A stretch of 64,000 nt of DNA from Spirochaetia bacterium (GTDB lineage: Bacteria > Spirochaetota > Spirochaetia > DSM-27196 > Salinispiraceae): the NCBI GenBank assembly GCA_038204425.1, contig JBBRCZ010000001.1, forward strand, positions 96,001 through 160,000, read 5' to 3'. The translations under genes and the position numbers were made by a program. Below are positions 18,903-28,414 of this stretch, one piece after another. Below the pieces are notes generated by a model. The model saw nothing but the letters and a program-made list of their open reading frames with translations, made no database searches and was not told where the DNA came from. Numbering within the stretch: the stretch's first letter is position 1; each line of letters starts with the position of its first letter.

Positions 18903-20198
18903 CTAAATCGCCGACAAAGCTTGGTCCAGGTCAGCAATTATGTCGTCAATCGATTCTATTCCGACAGACAAACGTACCAAATCGCTAGTGAGTCCTGCCT
19001 CTTTTTGTTGTGCTTCGGTCAGTTGCGAATGGGAAGTAGAAGCGGGATGCAAAGCAAGTGATTTTGCATCGCCAACATTTGCAAGATGTGAAAAAAGCTT
19101 AAGTGAATTAATAAACTTCTTGCCGCCTTCAAAACCAGCTTTGACTCCAAAAACAACCACAGCACCAAAGCCCTTATGGAGATATTTTTTGGCTATTGGA
19201 TTACTTGGATCTTTAGTTAATCCCGGATAGCGTATCCAAGAGACCTTTCCGTGTTTTTCTAAAAACTCAGCTACTTTCTGTGCATTTTCCACATGCCGGG
19301 CCATGCGCAAGGATAGAGTTTCTAGGCCTTGTAAGAATATCCAAGCGTTGTCGGGTGCGAGGCATGCTCCAAGATTGCGCAGAGGTACTGTTCTAAAGCG
19401 AAGTGCAAAAGCGATCTTGGTCAACTCTGGAGGAAGATCAATGGACCATCGCAATCCGTGATAGTTCTTGTCCGGTTGAGTAAAGTGGCTAAATTTAGCC
19501 TTATTCCAGTCAAAAGTCCCGGCATCGGTTACACTGCCGCCTATTCCTGTGCCGTGACCGCCGATCCACTTGGTTAGTGAATTGATGACTATATCTGCAC
19601 CGTGCTCGATACTCTTGAGCAAATAGGGAGTAGTAAAGGTTGCATCGACAACCAAAGGAAGTTCATGTTTGTGGGCGATATCGGCAATCTTTTTGATATC
19701 GGCGACATCGAGTACTGGATTGCCGATAGCCTCGATATACACTAGGCGAGTTTTTTCATTGATTGCCTTTTCAAAACTAGACAGGTCAAGAATGTTCGCA
19801 AAACGGGTCTGTATACCTAAATCTGGAAGTATTGCTTCAAACATAGTGTAGGTGCCGCCATAAAGGTTGCTTGCTGACACTATTTCGTCGCCGGCTTTAG
19901 CTATTGTTACTATGGCGTTAAATATTGCCGCTGTACCGGAAGCTACAACGACTGAAGCAGCGCCGCCTTCAAGTGCAGTTATTCTAGACTCCAAGGCCTC
20001 GTTTGTAGGATTGGTCAGCCGGCTGTAGATATTGCCAAACTCTTTGAGTGCGAAGAGATTAGCAGCGTGGTCTACGTCTTTAAATACAAAGGCAGTGGTT
20101 CTTTCAATAGCAACACCACGTGACAGTGTGTGTGGATTTACCGTTTGTCCGGCGTGGACGCTAGTTGTTTCAAAGCCATTTTTTTTTGCTTCAGGCAT
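18903..20198 (-). CDS. metY: O-acetylhomoserine aminocarboxypropyltransferase (sulfhydrylase)
   Basis: GNIYSRLTNPT, PLP lysine in SLTKWIGGHG, and HLANVGDAKSL..HPAST; GGAGG before ATG 20198. Confidence 0.92.
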   Translation of the reverse strand: MPEAKKNGFETTSVHAGQTVNPHTLSRGVAIERTTAFVFKDVDHAANLFALKEFGNIYSRLTNPTNEALESRITALEGGAASVVVASGTAAIFNAIVTIAKAGDEIVSASNLYGGTYTMFEAILPDLGIQTRFANILDLSSFEKAINEKTRLVYIEAIGNPVLDVADIKKIADIAHKHELPLVVDATFTTPYLLKSIEHGADIVINSLTKWIGGHGTGIGGSVTDAGTFDWNKAKFSHFTQPDKNYHGLRWSIDLPPELTKIAFALRFRTVPLRNLGACLAPDNAWIFLQGLETLSLRMARHVENAQKVAEFLEKHGKVSWIRYPGLTKDPSNPIAKKYLHKGFGAVVVFGVKAGFEGGKKFINSLKLFSHLANVGDAKSLALHPASTSHSQLTEAQQKEAGLTSDLVRLSVGIESIDDIIADLDQALSAI

Positions 20199-20242
20199 TT
20201 TCTTATTCCCTCCATTAAAAATTAAGTCAATTGACATAATTG

Positions 20243-20271
20243 ACTATAGGCTTTGTAATTTTACTTGTCAA
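20243..20271 (-). promoter_or_regulatory. Sigma70 promoter of metY
   Basis: TTGACA-N17-TATAGT on the minus strand. Confidence 0.75.
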
Positions 20272-20299
20272 GCACCCGCTTTGTACCGACAATCTTTTT

Positions 20300-20506
20300 A
20301 TGAGTATTTCATGGAATCGTAAAAACTACGCACTGCATGAACAGACTGATTCGCAGACCGCAGATTTTTGGTCCAATAGTCTTCCACCAAGTCCATTGGA
20401 CCAAGCGGTAGAATGTCTGCGGCGTCAGCTATTTAGGGCAGGTTTTACCCAAGAGCGTCAGCAAAGTGTTGCGGATCAACTAAACAGAACCAATCGAACC
20501 GGTTGA
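20300..20506 (+). CDS. Small hypothetical protein (68 aa), possibly leaderless
   Basis: ATG 20300 lies 6 nt after TTGTCA-N17-GACAAT; the ORF fills the metY-clpB gap. Confidence 0.4.
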   Translation: MSISWNRKNYALHEQTDSQTADFWSNSLPPSPLDQAVECLRRQLFRAGFTQERQQSVADQLNRTNRTG

Positions 20507-20666
20507 GTTTAAGTCCAATCAGAACTGCTTGCCGGATTGCATAGATCTCACTATTTTGTAGCTATAAGATTATTTTTTTATTCAATTTCCCTGCATCGAC
20601 TAGCCTTAGTCGATTGCCCAGCATTAATACAGGTGAATAGTTCTCAAAAAAAAGGGGGGGGGTGCC

Positions 20667-23291
20667 ATGGACTACGAGAAATTTACAACTAAAGCACAAG
20701 TTGCTATACAAGAAGCCGGGTCTCTAGCTCTAAAGTATAGTCACTCATTGGTGGAAACCGAACATTTGCTGCTAGCGCTGCTTTTACAGAACGATGGAAT
20801 TGTTGCTCCTCTGCTGAGTAATGTGGGTGCCAGTGTAAGCAATATTGAAGAAAAACTGGAGGCGATGTTAGAAGCAAAACCGCGAGTCTACGGCGAGTCA
20901 AGTCAGGTTCAACTTCACACATCCGCGGCTCGTGCCTTGGTAAAGTCAGAAGATGAAATGAAAATGCTTAAAGATAGTTTTATTTCAACCGAACACATGC
21001 TGCTGGCTATTTTGGAGCAGTCACCTTCCGTGCGTCAGCTCTTAGAAAAATCGGGGGTTACGCGAGATAAAATTCTTGGTTCGCTTGCAACTGTCCGCGG
21101 TAATCAAAAAGTGGACGACAAAGATCCAGAAAACAAGTTTCGCGTACTAGAACGATTTACTCGCGACTTAACCGAACTCGCGCGAAAAGAAAAATTGGAT
21201 CCGGTCATTGGTAGAGATGAGGAAATTCGGCGCGTTATGCAAGTCCTCAGTCGAAGAACTAAGAATAATCCGGTTTTGATTGGTGAGCCAGGTGTAGGAA
21301 AAACCGCTGTCGTAGAGGGCTTGGCGCGAAGAATCGTTTCTGGCGATGTACCAGAAAGTCTTAAGAACAAACGAATTCTATCCCTCGACCTCGGTGCTCT
21401 TTTGGCGGGAACCAAATTTCGCGGTGAGTTTGAAGAACGACTAAAAGCAGTCATTTCAGAGATTTTGGCATCAAATGGAAAAATTATTCTTTTTATTGAC
21501 GAGCTGCATACCATTATGGGTGCAGGCGGTGCAGAAGGTGCCATGGATGCCTCCAACCTATTAAAGCCGGCTTTGGCCCGCGGAGAACTGCATACCATTG
21601 GTGCTACCACGTTAGACGAGTATCGCAAGTACATAGAAAAGGATGCGGCTTTTGAACGCCGTTTCCAAGTAGTTATGACCAATGAGCCCTCTGTCGAGAA
21701 TACTATTTCGATACTAAGGGGTCTCAAGGAGCGCTACGAAGTTCATCACGGGGTTAGAATTAAGGATGAGGCCCTGATTGCAGCAGCAGTTTTGTCGGAC
21801 CGTTACATCACAGGGCGCTTCTTGCCTGACAAAGCAATTGACTTGATAGACGAGGCCGCAAGTCGCTTAAAGATGGAAATTGAGAGCCAACCAACAGAAA
21901 TTGACCAACTTGATCGCAAACTTTTGCAGCTAAGTATTGAGCAGCAAGCACTTTCTAGGGAGAAGGATAGTCAAAGTCAGTCTCGTTTGTCCAAGCTCAA
22001 CAAAAATATTAGTGAACTAACTTCTGAACGGGACGCCTTGCGTTTGCAGTGGCATAATGAAAAAAAAGTAATTGATAACATTAGATCTCTAAAAGAGAAA
22101 ATAGAAACCTTAAACAATGACTACAATCGTTTTGCAAGAGACGGAGATTTGGCTCGGGCTTCGGAATTGCGTTATGGGCAAATCCCTCAGGCGCAAACAC
22201 TCCTCGATGCAGCAAGTCTGCGTCTCGGGAGCCTCCAAGAAAATCAGCGTCTATTACAGGAAGAAGTCAACGAAGAAGATGTCGCAGGAGTCGTTGCAGC
22301 TTGGACGGGAATACCTGTCCAAAAAATGCAGCAAAGTGAAATAGCAAAACTGCTCAAGTTAGAAGAAATTTTAGGCAAGCGCGTCAAAGGGCAGCTTGAT
22401 GCTATTCACGCTGTTAGTGACGCTATTAGACGCAACAAGTCAGGTCTTTCGGATCCAAACCGGCCGACTGGAGTCTTTTTGTTTCTTGGACCAACCGGGG
22501 TAGGCAAGACCGAACTTGCAAAAACTCTAGCGTCTTACCTTTTTGATGATGAGGGGGCACTCGCTCGTCTAGACATGTCTGAGTATATGGAGAAACACTC
22601 TGTTTCTAGGTTAATTGGCGCACCGCCTGGATATGTCGGTTATGAACAGGGCGGTCAATTGACCGAACTTGTTAGACGAAAACCATACTCAGTTGTCTTG
22701 TTTGACGAAATAGAGAAGGCTCACAGTGATGTTTTTAATATAATGCTTCAGGTCTTTGATGACGGCAGATTGACCGATGGACAAGGTCGTATAGTCAACT
22801 TTCGCAATACTATTATCATCATGACTTCTAATCTTGGAAGTGAATCAATTCTCGCAGCAGAACGTCTTGGTGATGTCATGCCCGAGATTTCTCGACAGTT
22901 GAAGAGTCACTTTAAGCCGGAGTTTCTCAATCGCATTGACGAAATTGTAGTTTTTGATCGTCTCGGAAAAGAGCAAGTTTTTGAAATTCTTGGAATCGAA
23001 CTAGCAAAGATTCAAGCACGCTTAGTAGATAGGCAAATCACTCTACGCGTGGAAGATGAAGCCAAACAAGTGCTTGCAGATCTGGGGTACGACCCACTTT
23101 TTGGCGCCCGCCCGTTGAAGCGATGCTTACAAAATCACTTGCAAAATCCTCTTTCTAAGCTATTGATAGCAGAAAAGGCTAGACCAGGTTCAACTATCAT
23201 CGTGGCAGAAAAGTCTCAAAAATCAAAATCAATCAAGAATGGCTTGGGTTTGGATGATGACCTAGTCTTAGACTTTAGTGTCGAGCCGTAG
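20667..23291 (+). CDS. clpB: ATP-dependent chaperone ClpB
   Basis: Two AAA+ modules ([16 protein letters not shown]), long middle coiled-coil domain, Clp N-domain. Confidence 0.96.
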   Translation: MDYEKFTTKAQVAIQEAGSLALKYSHSLVETEHLLLALLLQNDGIVAPLLSNVGASVSNIEEKLEAMLEAKPRVYGESSQVQLHTSAARALVKSEDEMKMLKDSFISTEHMLLAILEQSPSVRQLLEKSGVTRDKILGSLATVRGNQKVDDKDPENKFRVLERFTRDLTELARKEKLDPVIGRDEEIRRVMQVLSRRTKNNPVLIGEPGVGKTAVVEGLARRIVSGDVPESLKNKRILSLDLGALLAGTKFRGEFEERLKAVISEILASNGKIILFIDELHTIMGAGGAEGAMDASNLLKPALARGELHTIGATTLDEYRKYIEKDAAFERRFQVVMTNEPSVENTISILRGLKERYEVHHGVRIKDEALIAAAVLSDRYITGRFLPDKAIDLIDEAASRLKMEIESQPTEIDQLDRKLLQLSIEQQALSREKDSQSQSRLSKLNKNISELTSERDALRLQWHNEKKVIDNIRSLKEKIETLNNDYNRFARDGDLARASELRYGQIPQAQTLLDAASLRLGSLQENQRLLQEEVNEEDVAGVVAAWTGIPVQKMQQSEIAKLLKLEEILGKRVKGQLDAIHAVSDAIRRNKSGLSDPNRPTGVFLFLGPTGVGKTELAKTLASYLFDDEGALARLDMSEYMEKHSVSRLIGAPPGYVGYEQGGQLTELVRRKPYSVVLFDEIEKAHSDVFNIMLQVFDDGRLTDGQGRIVNFRNTIIIMTSNLGSESILAAERLGDVMPEISRQLKSHFKPEFLNRIDEIVVFDRLGKEQVFEILGIELAKIQARLVDRQITLRVEDEAKQVLADLGYDPLFGARPLKRCLQNHLQNPLSKLLIAEKARPGSTIIVAEKSQKSKSIKNGLGLDDDLVLDFSVEP

Positions 23292-23333
23292 CTATTGCAT
23301 TAACTATCGTTGTGGCCAAACGTGCTCAACGCA

Positions 23334-24890
23334 CTATCTGAACTGACGAGGCTCTATGCCATACTTGCCGACCCTGAGACCCATTTTTCTTTCGGTTAAG
23401 TTGAGCAGCTTTGCTGCCTTTGCCATGTTGCCTTTGGTGCTTTTGAGAGCGTCTTGTAAGAGGTCCCGTTCTAGCTTTTCTAGCGCATCTTCGAGCGTTT
23501 CACCAAGACGTGTGTTGGTACTTTCTGCGCTCTGCAGGCTTGGCGGTAGGTGATGGCTATGGATTACTTCGTCAATAGTCAATAGAACAGCCCGCTCGAT
23601 ACAATTTTCTAACTCTCGCACGTTTCCAGGCCAGTGGTACGCCATAAGTAAGTCTATCGCAGGTGTTGCAATTCTGCGTACAGCTTTGAGATTGCTTTCG
23701 GCGTACTTTTCTACAAAATGGTCGGCTAGTAAAACTATATCACTGCGTCTATCACGAAGTGGTGGAATGTGCACCGGAAAAACATTGAGTCTATAATAGA
23801 GGTCTTCCCTAAAAAGATTTCTGCTCATCAGTTCTTCAAGGTTTCTATTGGTTGCTGTTACAATTCTCACATTTATTCTAATTGTTTCGTTTCCACCTAC
23901 GCGCTCAAATTCCTTTTCTTGAAGGACTCGCAGTAATTTAACTTGAGTTGCGGTAGATAAATCGCCAATTTCATCCAAAAATATAGTACCGCCGTTTGCA
24001 AGTTCAAAGCGCCCTTTGCGCGTAGAAATGGCACTGGTAAACGCGCCTCGTTCGTGCCCAAAAAGTTCACTCTCAATTACACTTTCCGGCAAGGCCGCGC
24101 AGTTGACCTTTATAAAAGGCTTACCAGACCTTAGGCTGTTGTAGTGAATAGCATGGGCTACTAACTCCTTGCCAGTTCCACTTTCGCCCCTAATCAAAAC
24201 TGTGGCATCACTTTTTGAGACCTGCGCTATAAGGTCGTAGACGTCCTGCATGCTTTTTGAATTGCCAATTATGTTGGAAGGTCTAAAACGTTGCTTAAGC
24301 TCGTCTTGTAGGCGGTTGTTTTCTTCTACTAGCAGTTTCTTTTCTTCAAGTACTTGTTGCCTAATCTTGACAGCTTGAGCCAACATAGAACAGATTATTG
24401 AAATGGTTCTGACTTTTTCGTCTAGATCGTCCTTCTTGGCAGATTTAATGTCTAGGCCGAGAGCGCCGATTGTTTCATTGCCAAGTTTAATAGGTACACA
24501 AACAAAGGCCAAGTCATGATCGCTATCGGACCTTCGTGAGCCGGTACGATTAAGGAAGCCCGGGTCATCTCCAATTTTTGGAACAACAATCGCCTGTCCT
24601 GTTTGGACAACTTTACCGGTAATACCTTCGCCCAGCTGGTATCGACCTCGTTCGATTTCTAATTGACTCAGCCCAATGGCTGCTTCGGTTGAGATCTCTC
24701 CAGTCTTTCTTTCAAGCAAAGTTATTGCGCCTCTTTTGGCGCCTAGTCGGTCGGTTATTTCTTGAAGAACTGGACTAATAGTTTGTTTGATATCCATGCT
24801 TTGGTCCAAAATTTGACTAATAGAAAAAAGCAGACTAATATACTCTAATCTTTGATGATACTTGTCAGGTGAGCCAGTAAGTTCTTCCAT
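23334..24890 (-). CDS. NifA-like sigma54-dependent activator (GAF-AAA+-Fis HTH)
   Basis: GAF (GEGITGKV...FLNRTG), [31 protein letters not shown] and a C-terminal HTH. Confidence 0.9.
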   Translation of the reverse strand: MEELTGSPDKYHQRLEYISLLFSISQILDQSMDIKQTISPVLQEITDRLGAKRGAITLLERKTGEISTEAAIGLSQLEIERGRYQLGEGITGKVVQTGQAIVVPKIGDDPGFLNRTGSRRSDSDHDLAFVCVPIKLGNETIGALGLDIKSAKKDDLDEKVRTISIICSMLAQAVKIRQQVLEEKKLLVEENNRLQDELKQRFRPSNIIGNSKSMQDVYDLIAQVSKSDATVLIRGESGTGKELVAHAIHYNSLRSGKPFIKVNCAALPESVIESELFGHERGAFTSAISTRKGRFELANGGTIFLDEIGDLSTATQVKLLRVLQEKEFERVGGNETIRINVRIVTATNRNLEELMSRNLFREDLYYRLNVFPVHIPPLRDRRSDIVLLADHFVEKYAESNLKAVRRIATPAIDLLMAYHWPGNVRELENCIERAVLLTIDEVIHSHHLPPSLQSAESTNTRLGETLEDALEKLERDLLQDALKSTKGNMAKAAKLLNLTERKMGLRVGKYGIEPRQFR

Positions 24891-24965
24891 AGTCAGCAAT
24901 ACTACATTAGTGTAACTAAATATACAAGAGGCTACCTATTGGTTGGAAGCCTCTTTCTTGAAGTG

Positions 24966-26741
24966 TTATATAAGGCCTTCGTAAACAATTTTTTCTACGG
25001 CATCTAGGGAGACGTACTGACCATGCTCAAACTGGGTCATAGCATTTTCTATATCCGCAACAATTACGATATTGGGGTTGCCTTTTACGATTTGCTCTGG
25101 ATTTACGGCGCTACGGCTTTCTAAAATACATCCTCTAATTTTGGATAGCAGTGGTAAATACTCTTCCGTAATCGTTGGTATTAAAAGTATTTCTGGTTTG
25201 CCCACACTCATCAAATGGACTGCTTCTTCGTAGCTGTGCGCCTTGGTAATTTTACCCGAGCACTGTTTTCCGATTCCTCTGCTACCACGATTGAGAATAT
25301 TACCTAAAAAATGTACCTTTATAGTGTTGATCATTATTGGGCTATTGAGAGGAATACCAGCAATGGTTACTACTTTGTCAAGTTTTTGTACCAATTGAAG
25401 TTGTACGGCTTGTTTAATGGCATTCTGAATCATTAGTTCGCCATCGTTAACAAATTCTGTAATGATAGGGAAGACACCCCAACTCAAGAGCAGTTGCCGA
25501 TAGACAGTTTGACTGGTGGTTGCCGCAATCACGCTATACTCAGGCCTAAAGCTAGAAATTAGACGTGGTGTGTTACCTCTTAATGTTGGTGCTATCATTG
25601 CACTAGCGCCAATATCCGTTGCCAAGAGATGGGCTGAGCGACTCACCGCTTGGCCAATTTCTGCAGCATTGGAGTGCATAAAGAAATATTCTTTACAACG
25701 CTTTTGGTATTCAGGGCTAGACTCAATAGTCATGGCAACATTGTTCATCGTTTCTACAGCTCGGATTGGGTATTTACCATTTGCCGTTTCACCAGAAAGC
25801 ATCACCGCATCGGTTCCATCAAAAATTGCGTTGGCAATATCATTGGTTTCGGCTCGTGTTGGTTGAGGATTGGTGATCATGCTTTCCAACATTTGCGTGG
25901 CTGTAATCACCGGCCTAAAGGCGTTGTTGCACTTGTTGATAATTCTTTTTTGCGCCAGTGGAATTGCTTCAGGTGGTAGTTGGACGCCCAGATCACCACG
26001 AGCCACCATGATTCCGTGTGAAATCCTGATAATCTCGTCAATATTGTCTAGTCCTTCTTGATCTTCAATCTTGGCTATTACCTTGATGGCAGATTGATGT
26101 TTGCTTAGTAGCGCTTGAATCTCCATCACATCAGTGTGCTTGCGAACAAAGCTAGCGGCAATAAAATCCATATTGTGCTTAATGCCAAACATAATGTCTT
26201 CGACGTCTTTTTCGGTAATAGCAGGAAGTTTGGTCTTAATTCCGGGAACGTTAACATTTTTGCGGCTGCCCAAGACACCACCTGCGCGAATTACGCATTT
26301 GATATCATTGCCTTGAGTTGATAGTACTTCTAAATCCACTAGGCCATCGGCGATAAGAATGTGGGTACCGGCTTTGACTTCTTGAGGCAAGAGCTTGTAG
26401 CTGATACTTACGCGGTCTTCAGTGCCTTCAATTTCGTCAGATGTAAGGGTGATGTTGTTGCCACTGACAAGGTTGATCTTTTGGTCGTCTCGATTGAGAC
26501 CTGTTCTTATTTCCGGACCCTTGGTATCCAAAAGCAGGGCAACTGGGATACCGGTTTCTTGACTTGCTTGGCGCAACATGGTGATTCTGCGCAGGTGATC
26601 GTCATGCACGCCGTGGGAAAAATTGAAGCGCGCGATATTCATACCAGCATGTAGTAGGTCCTTTAGTTTCTCGATGTCGTCAACAGCGGGACCCAAAGTG
26701 CAGATAATCTTAGTTTTGCGGAGTTTTTTCATGATCTCCAC
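24966..26741 (-). CDS. pyk: Pyruvate kinase with a C-terminal PEP-utilising swivel-like domain
   Basis: TKIICTLGP, DTKGPEIR, MVARGDLG, TQMLESM and DAVMLSGE motifs. Confidence 0.96.
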   Translation of the reverse strand: MEIMKKLRKTKIICTLGPAVDDIEKLKDLLHAGMNIARFNFSHGVHDDHLRRITMLRQASQETGIPVALLLDTKGPEIRTGLNRDDQKINLVSGNNITLTSDEIEGTEDRVSISYKLLPQEVKAGTHILIADGLVDLEVLSTQGNDIKCVIRAGGVLGSRKNVNVPGIKTKLPAITEKDVEDIMFGIKHNMDFIAASFVRKHTDVMEIQALLSKHQSAIKVIAKIEDQEGLDNIDEIIRISHGIMVARGDLGVQLPPEAIPLAQKRIINKCNNAFRPVITATQMLESMITNPQPTRAETNDIANAIFDGTDAVMLSGETANGKYPIRAVETMNNVAMTIESSPEYQKRCKEYFFMHSNAAEIGQAVSRSAHLLATDIGASAMIAPTLRGNTPRLISSFRPEYSVIAATTSQTVYRQLLLSWGVFPIITEFVNDGELMIQNAIKQAVQLQLVQKLDKVVTIAGIPLNSPIMINTIKVHFLGNILNRGSRGIGKQCSGKITKAHSYEEAVHLMSVGKPEILLIPTITEEYLPLLSKIRGCILESRSAVNPEQIVKGNPNIVIVADIENAMTQFEHGQYVSLDAVEKIVYEGLI

Positions 26742-26747
26742 TATAGA

Positions 26748-27200
26748 CTATTCGTTGTCTTGTTTGAAGAGGAAATTATATTCATCTTTAGATATGATGT
26801 CCTGTTCTTCCTGTTTTATGTCGAGCTGTTGGTCCAAAATGTCATGAATAAGCGAAATATCCGATTGGTGGCTTGATCGACACTGAGAGAGTTGATTTTG
26901 AAATGGGTTTAAGTGTAGCGCAAAGCCCTCATCATGAAGTTCTACACTGTCTAAAAAGCCAATGAAGTCTTTTTTGGTGAGCAGTAGAATTCTTAGACAG
27001 GGTAGGCGATTGATAAAAAAGGTATTCTTAATCAATTGCAGGTTGATCCTAGTCAACATATCATGAACAAAAAGTATGTCTTCAACATACCTGTGCAAAA
27101 AAAGATCTGGGTCGAGCTCCAGTTGCAAGCCGTCTTGCAAATGACGCAGTCGTGCGCTTACAAAAAACAAATTGTCTTCAAAGTTGCTCGGATTCGACAT
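26748..27200 (-). CDS. Hypothetical protein (helical, acidic C-terminus)
   Basis: 150-aa ORF with GAGGAG SD, ending 6 nt before pyk. Confidence 0.75.
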   Translation of the reverse strand: MSNPSNFEDNLFFVSARLRHLQDGLQLELDPDLFLHRYVEDILFVHDMLTRINLQLIKNTFFINRLPCLRILLLTKKDFIGFLDSVELHDEGFALHLNPFQNQLSQCRSSHQSDISLIHDILDQQLDIKQEEQDIISKDEYNFLFKQDNE

Positions 27201-27292
27201 ATTTGTATCTCCTCATGACAATCCTTTAAATCTTCGGCTAGTGGGCGGGCTTTCTTGATCGAGCGATCCATCGTGCGAATGAGTCTACGGCA

Positions 27293-28414
27293 CTATTCGA
27301 TACGATTTTTGCGCAAAAGTTCAAGACTATTTACTTTTGCGATTTCAACTATGACACCTGCAAGCAAATATTCTGACTTAGTTAGTGCGCTTACGATTGA
27401 CTCTTGCCTGCTTTCAGGAACGACCATACTGGTAAACTCTTTGGTGATTTCTCCCCCAATGCTTGGATCTGCAGAAAGGTTTTGGTAGCCACAACGAAAA
27501 GTACTTGCGCCAGGTGCGCCGTTCTGCATAGCAACTTGGCTCAAAGCACCTGAACTGCCTTCATCACAAATAAAACTCAGGCAAATCTGTGTTTCCGTTT
27601 TGATTCTCTTGGACTGCCTTCGGTAGTCCCGGGTTCTCCATAGAGTACTACCTTTTAGTGAATCCATGGCATTGATGACTTGTTCCATACTTGCCGCATG
27701 CTCATGCTGACCAATTCTAATTAGGCTATCTGGGACACATTTATTTAGTGGTAATTGATATATAATGCCTTGGTTGGCTCTATCAAAGCCGCATTCTTCT
27801 ACAATAGTTTTAGTAATAGCTTGTGCATCGTGAGTAGGAACGATGAATTTCACCATTTCTTTTTCTGCTGGGATGGTGATTCTCAATAGTCCCAACTGGT
27901 CACGTTTGCCGTTACCCATTCCGTAGTAGCTTAATGGAGCACAGACACCAAGGCCAAGTATGATTCGGTTTAAGACATCCGCTTTGCCTCGAGGCACGAT
28001 GCCTATCAACTCAGAAAAACCCACTAAGAGCGCATCCTTGCTTGATGCTTTCTGATTGACAGAAAGCATCTGATTGTTCCTGTCCAAGGAGAAAGCACTG
28101 AGGACATCAACAAAGCTTGATTTCAGTGTCCCTCGACCTGATTTCTCAAGGCCTAGTTCAGATAAGATTTTTTGCTCGATTGCCGATGCTCGCTCAGAAT
28201 TTGTGTAGAACCAAAATGAGCTAGCAACTTCATCATAAAGCGACCATGGTTGCTTCCAAGGAGCATACCAGCGGCTATGAAAGCGCAAGCGACTTGTCCG
28301 AGCACTATGATAGAAGTAGTGTTCTATCCCAAAATCTTTGAGCACTTCTATAAGCTTGGGTTCTAGACCTTTACTTAGGTCAACAGATAATTTTTTCAGA
28401 TTAGCTGCAATCAT
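27293..28414 (-). CDS. PII (GlnB)-like protein with three tandem PII-like domains
   Basis: The central domain IVPRGKA...G.G.R..LGLLRITIPAEKE...IVEECGFDRANQGIIYQLPL matches the DUF1538-associated PII pattern; flanking segments show a similar but degenerate pattern. Confidence 0.65.
   Translation of the reverse strand: MIAANLKKLSVDLSKGLEPKLIEVLKDFGIEHYFYHSARTSRLRFHSRWYAPWKQPWSLYDEVASSFWFYTNSERASAIEQKILSELGLEKSGRGTLKSSFVDVLSAFSLDRNNQMLSVNQKASSKDALLVGFSELIGIVPRGKADVLNRIILGLGVCAPLSYYGMGNGKRDQLGLLRITIPAEKEMVKFIVPTHDAQAITKTIVEECGFDRANQGIIYQLPLNKCVPDSLIRIGQHEHAASMEQVINAMDSLKGSTLWRTRDYRRQSKRIKTETQICLSFICDEGSSGALSQVAMQNGAPGASTFRCGYQNLSADPSIGGEITKEFTSMVVPESRQESIVSALTKSEYLLAGVIVEIAKVNSLELLRKNRIE

Noticed and set aside
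20507..20666. CIRCE, HAIR or CtsR heat-shock operator upstream of clpB
   Set aside because: No match to TTAGCACTC-N9-GAGTGCTAA, CTTGAGT-N7-ACTCAAG or CtsR heptad repeats was seen.
21104..21727. Long antisense ORF inside clpB (and similar ones inside tsf, pyk and ilvB)
   Set aside because: Typical antisense shadow of conserved coding sequence, with no independent signals.
27230..27260. CAAG-N15-GCCGAAGA as a second sigma28-like promoter upstream of the 150-aa hypothetical gene and pyk
   Set aside because: Both elements deviate from consensus; too weak to call without TSS data.
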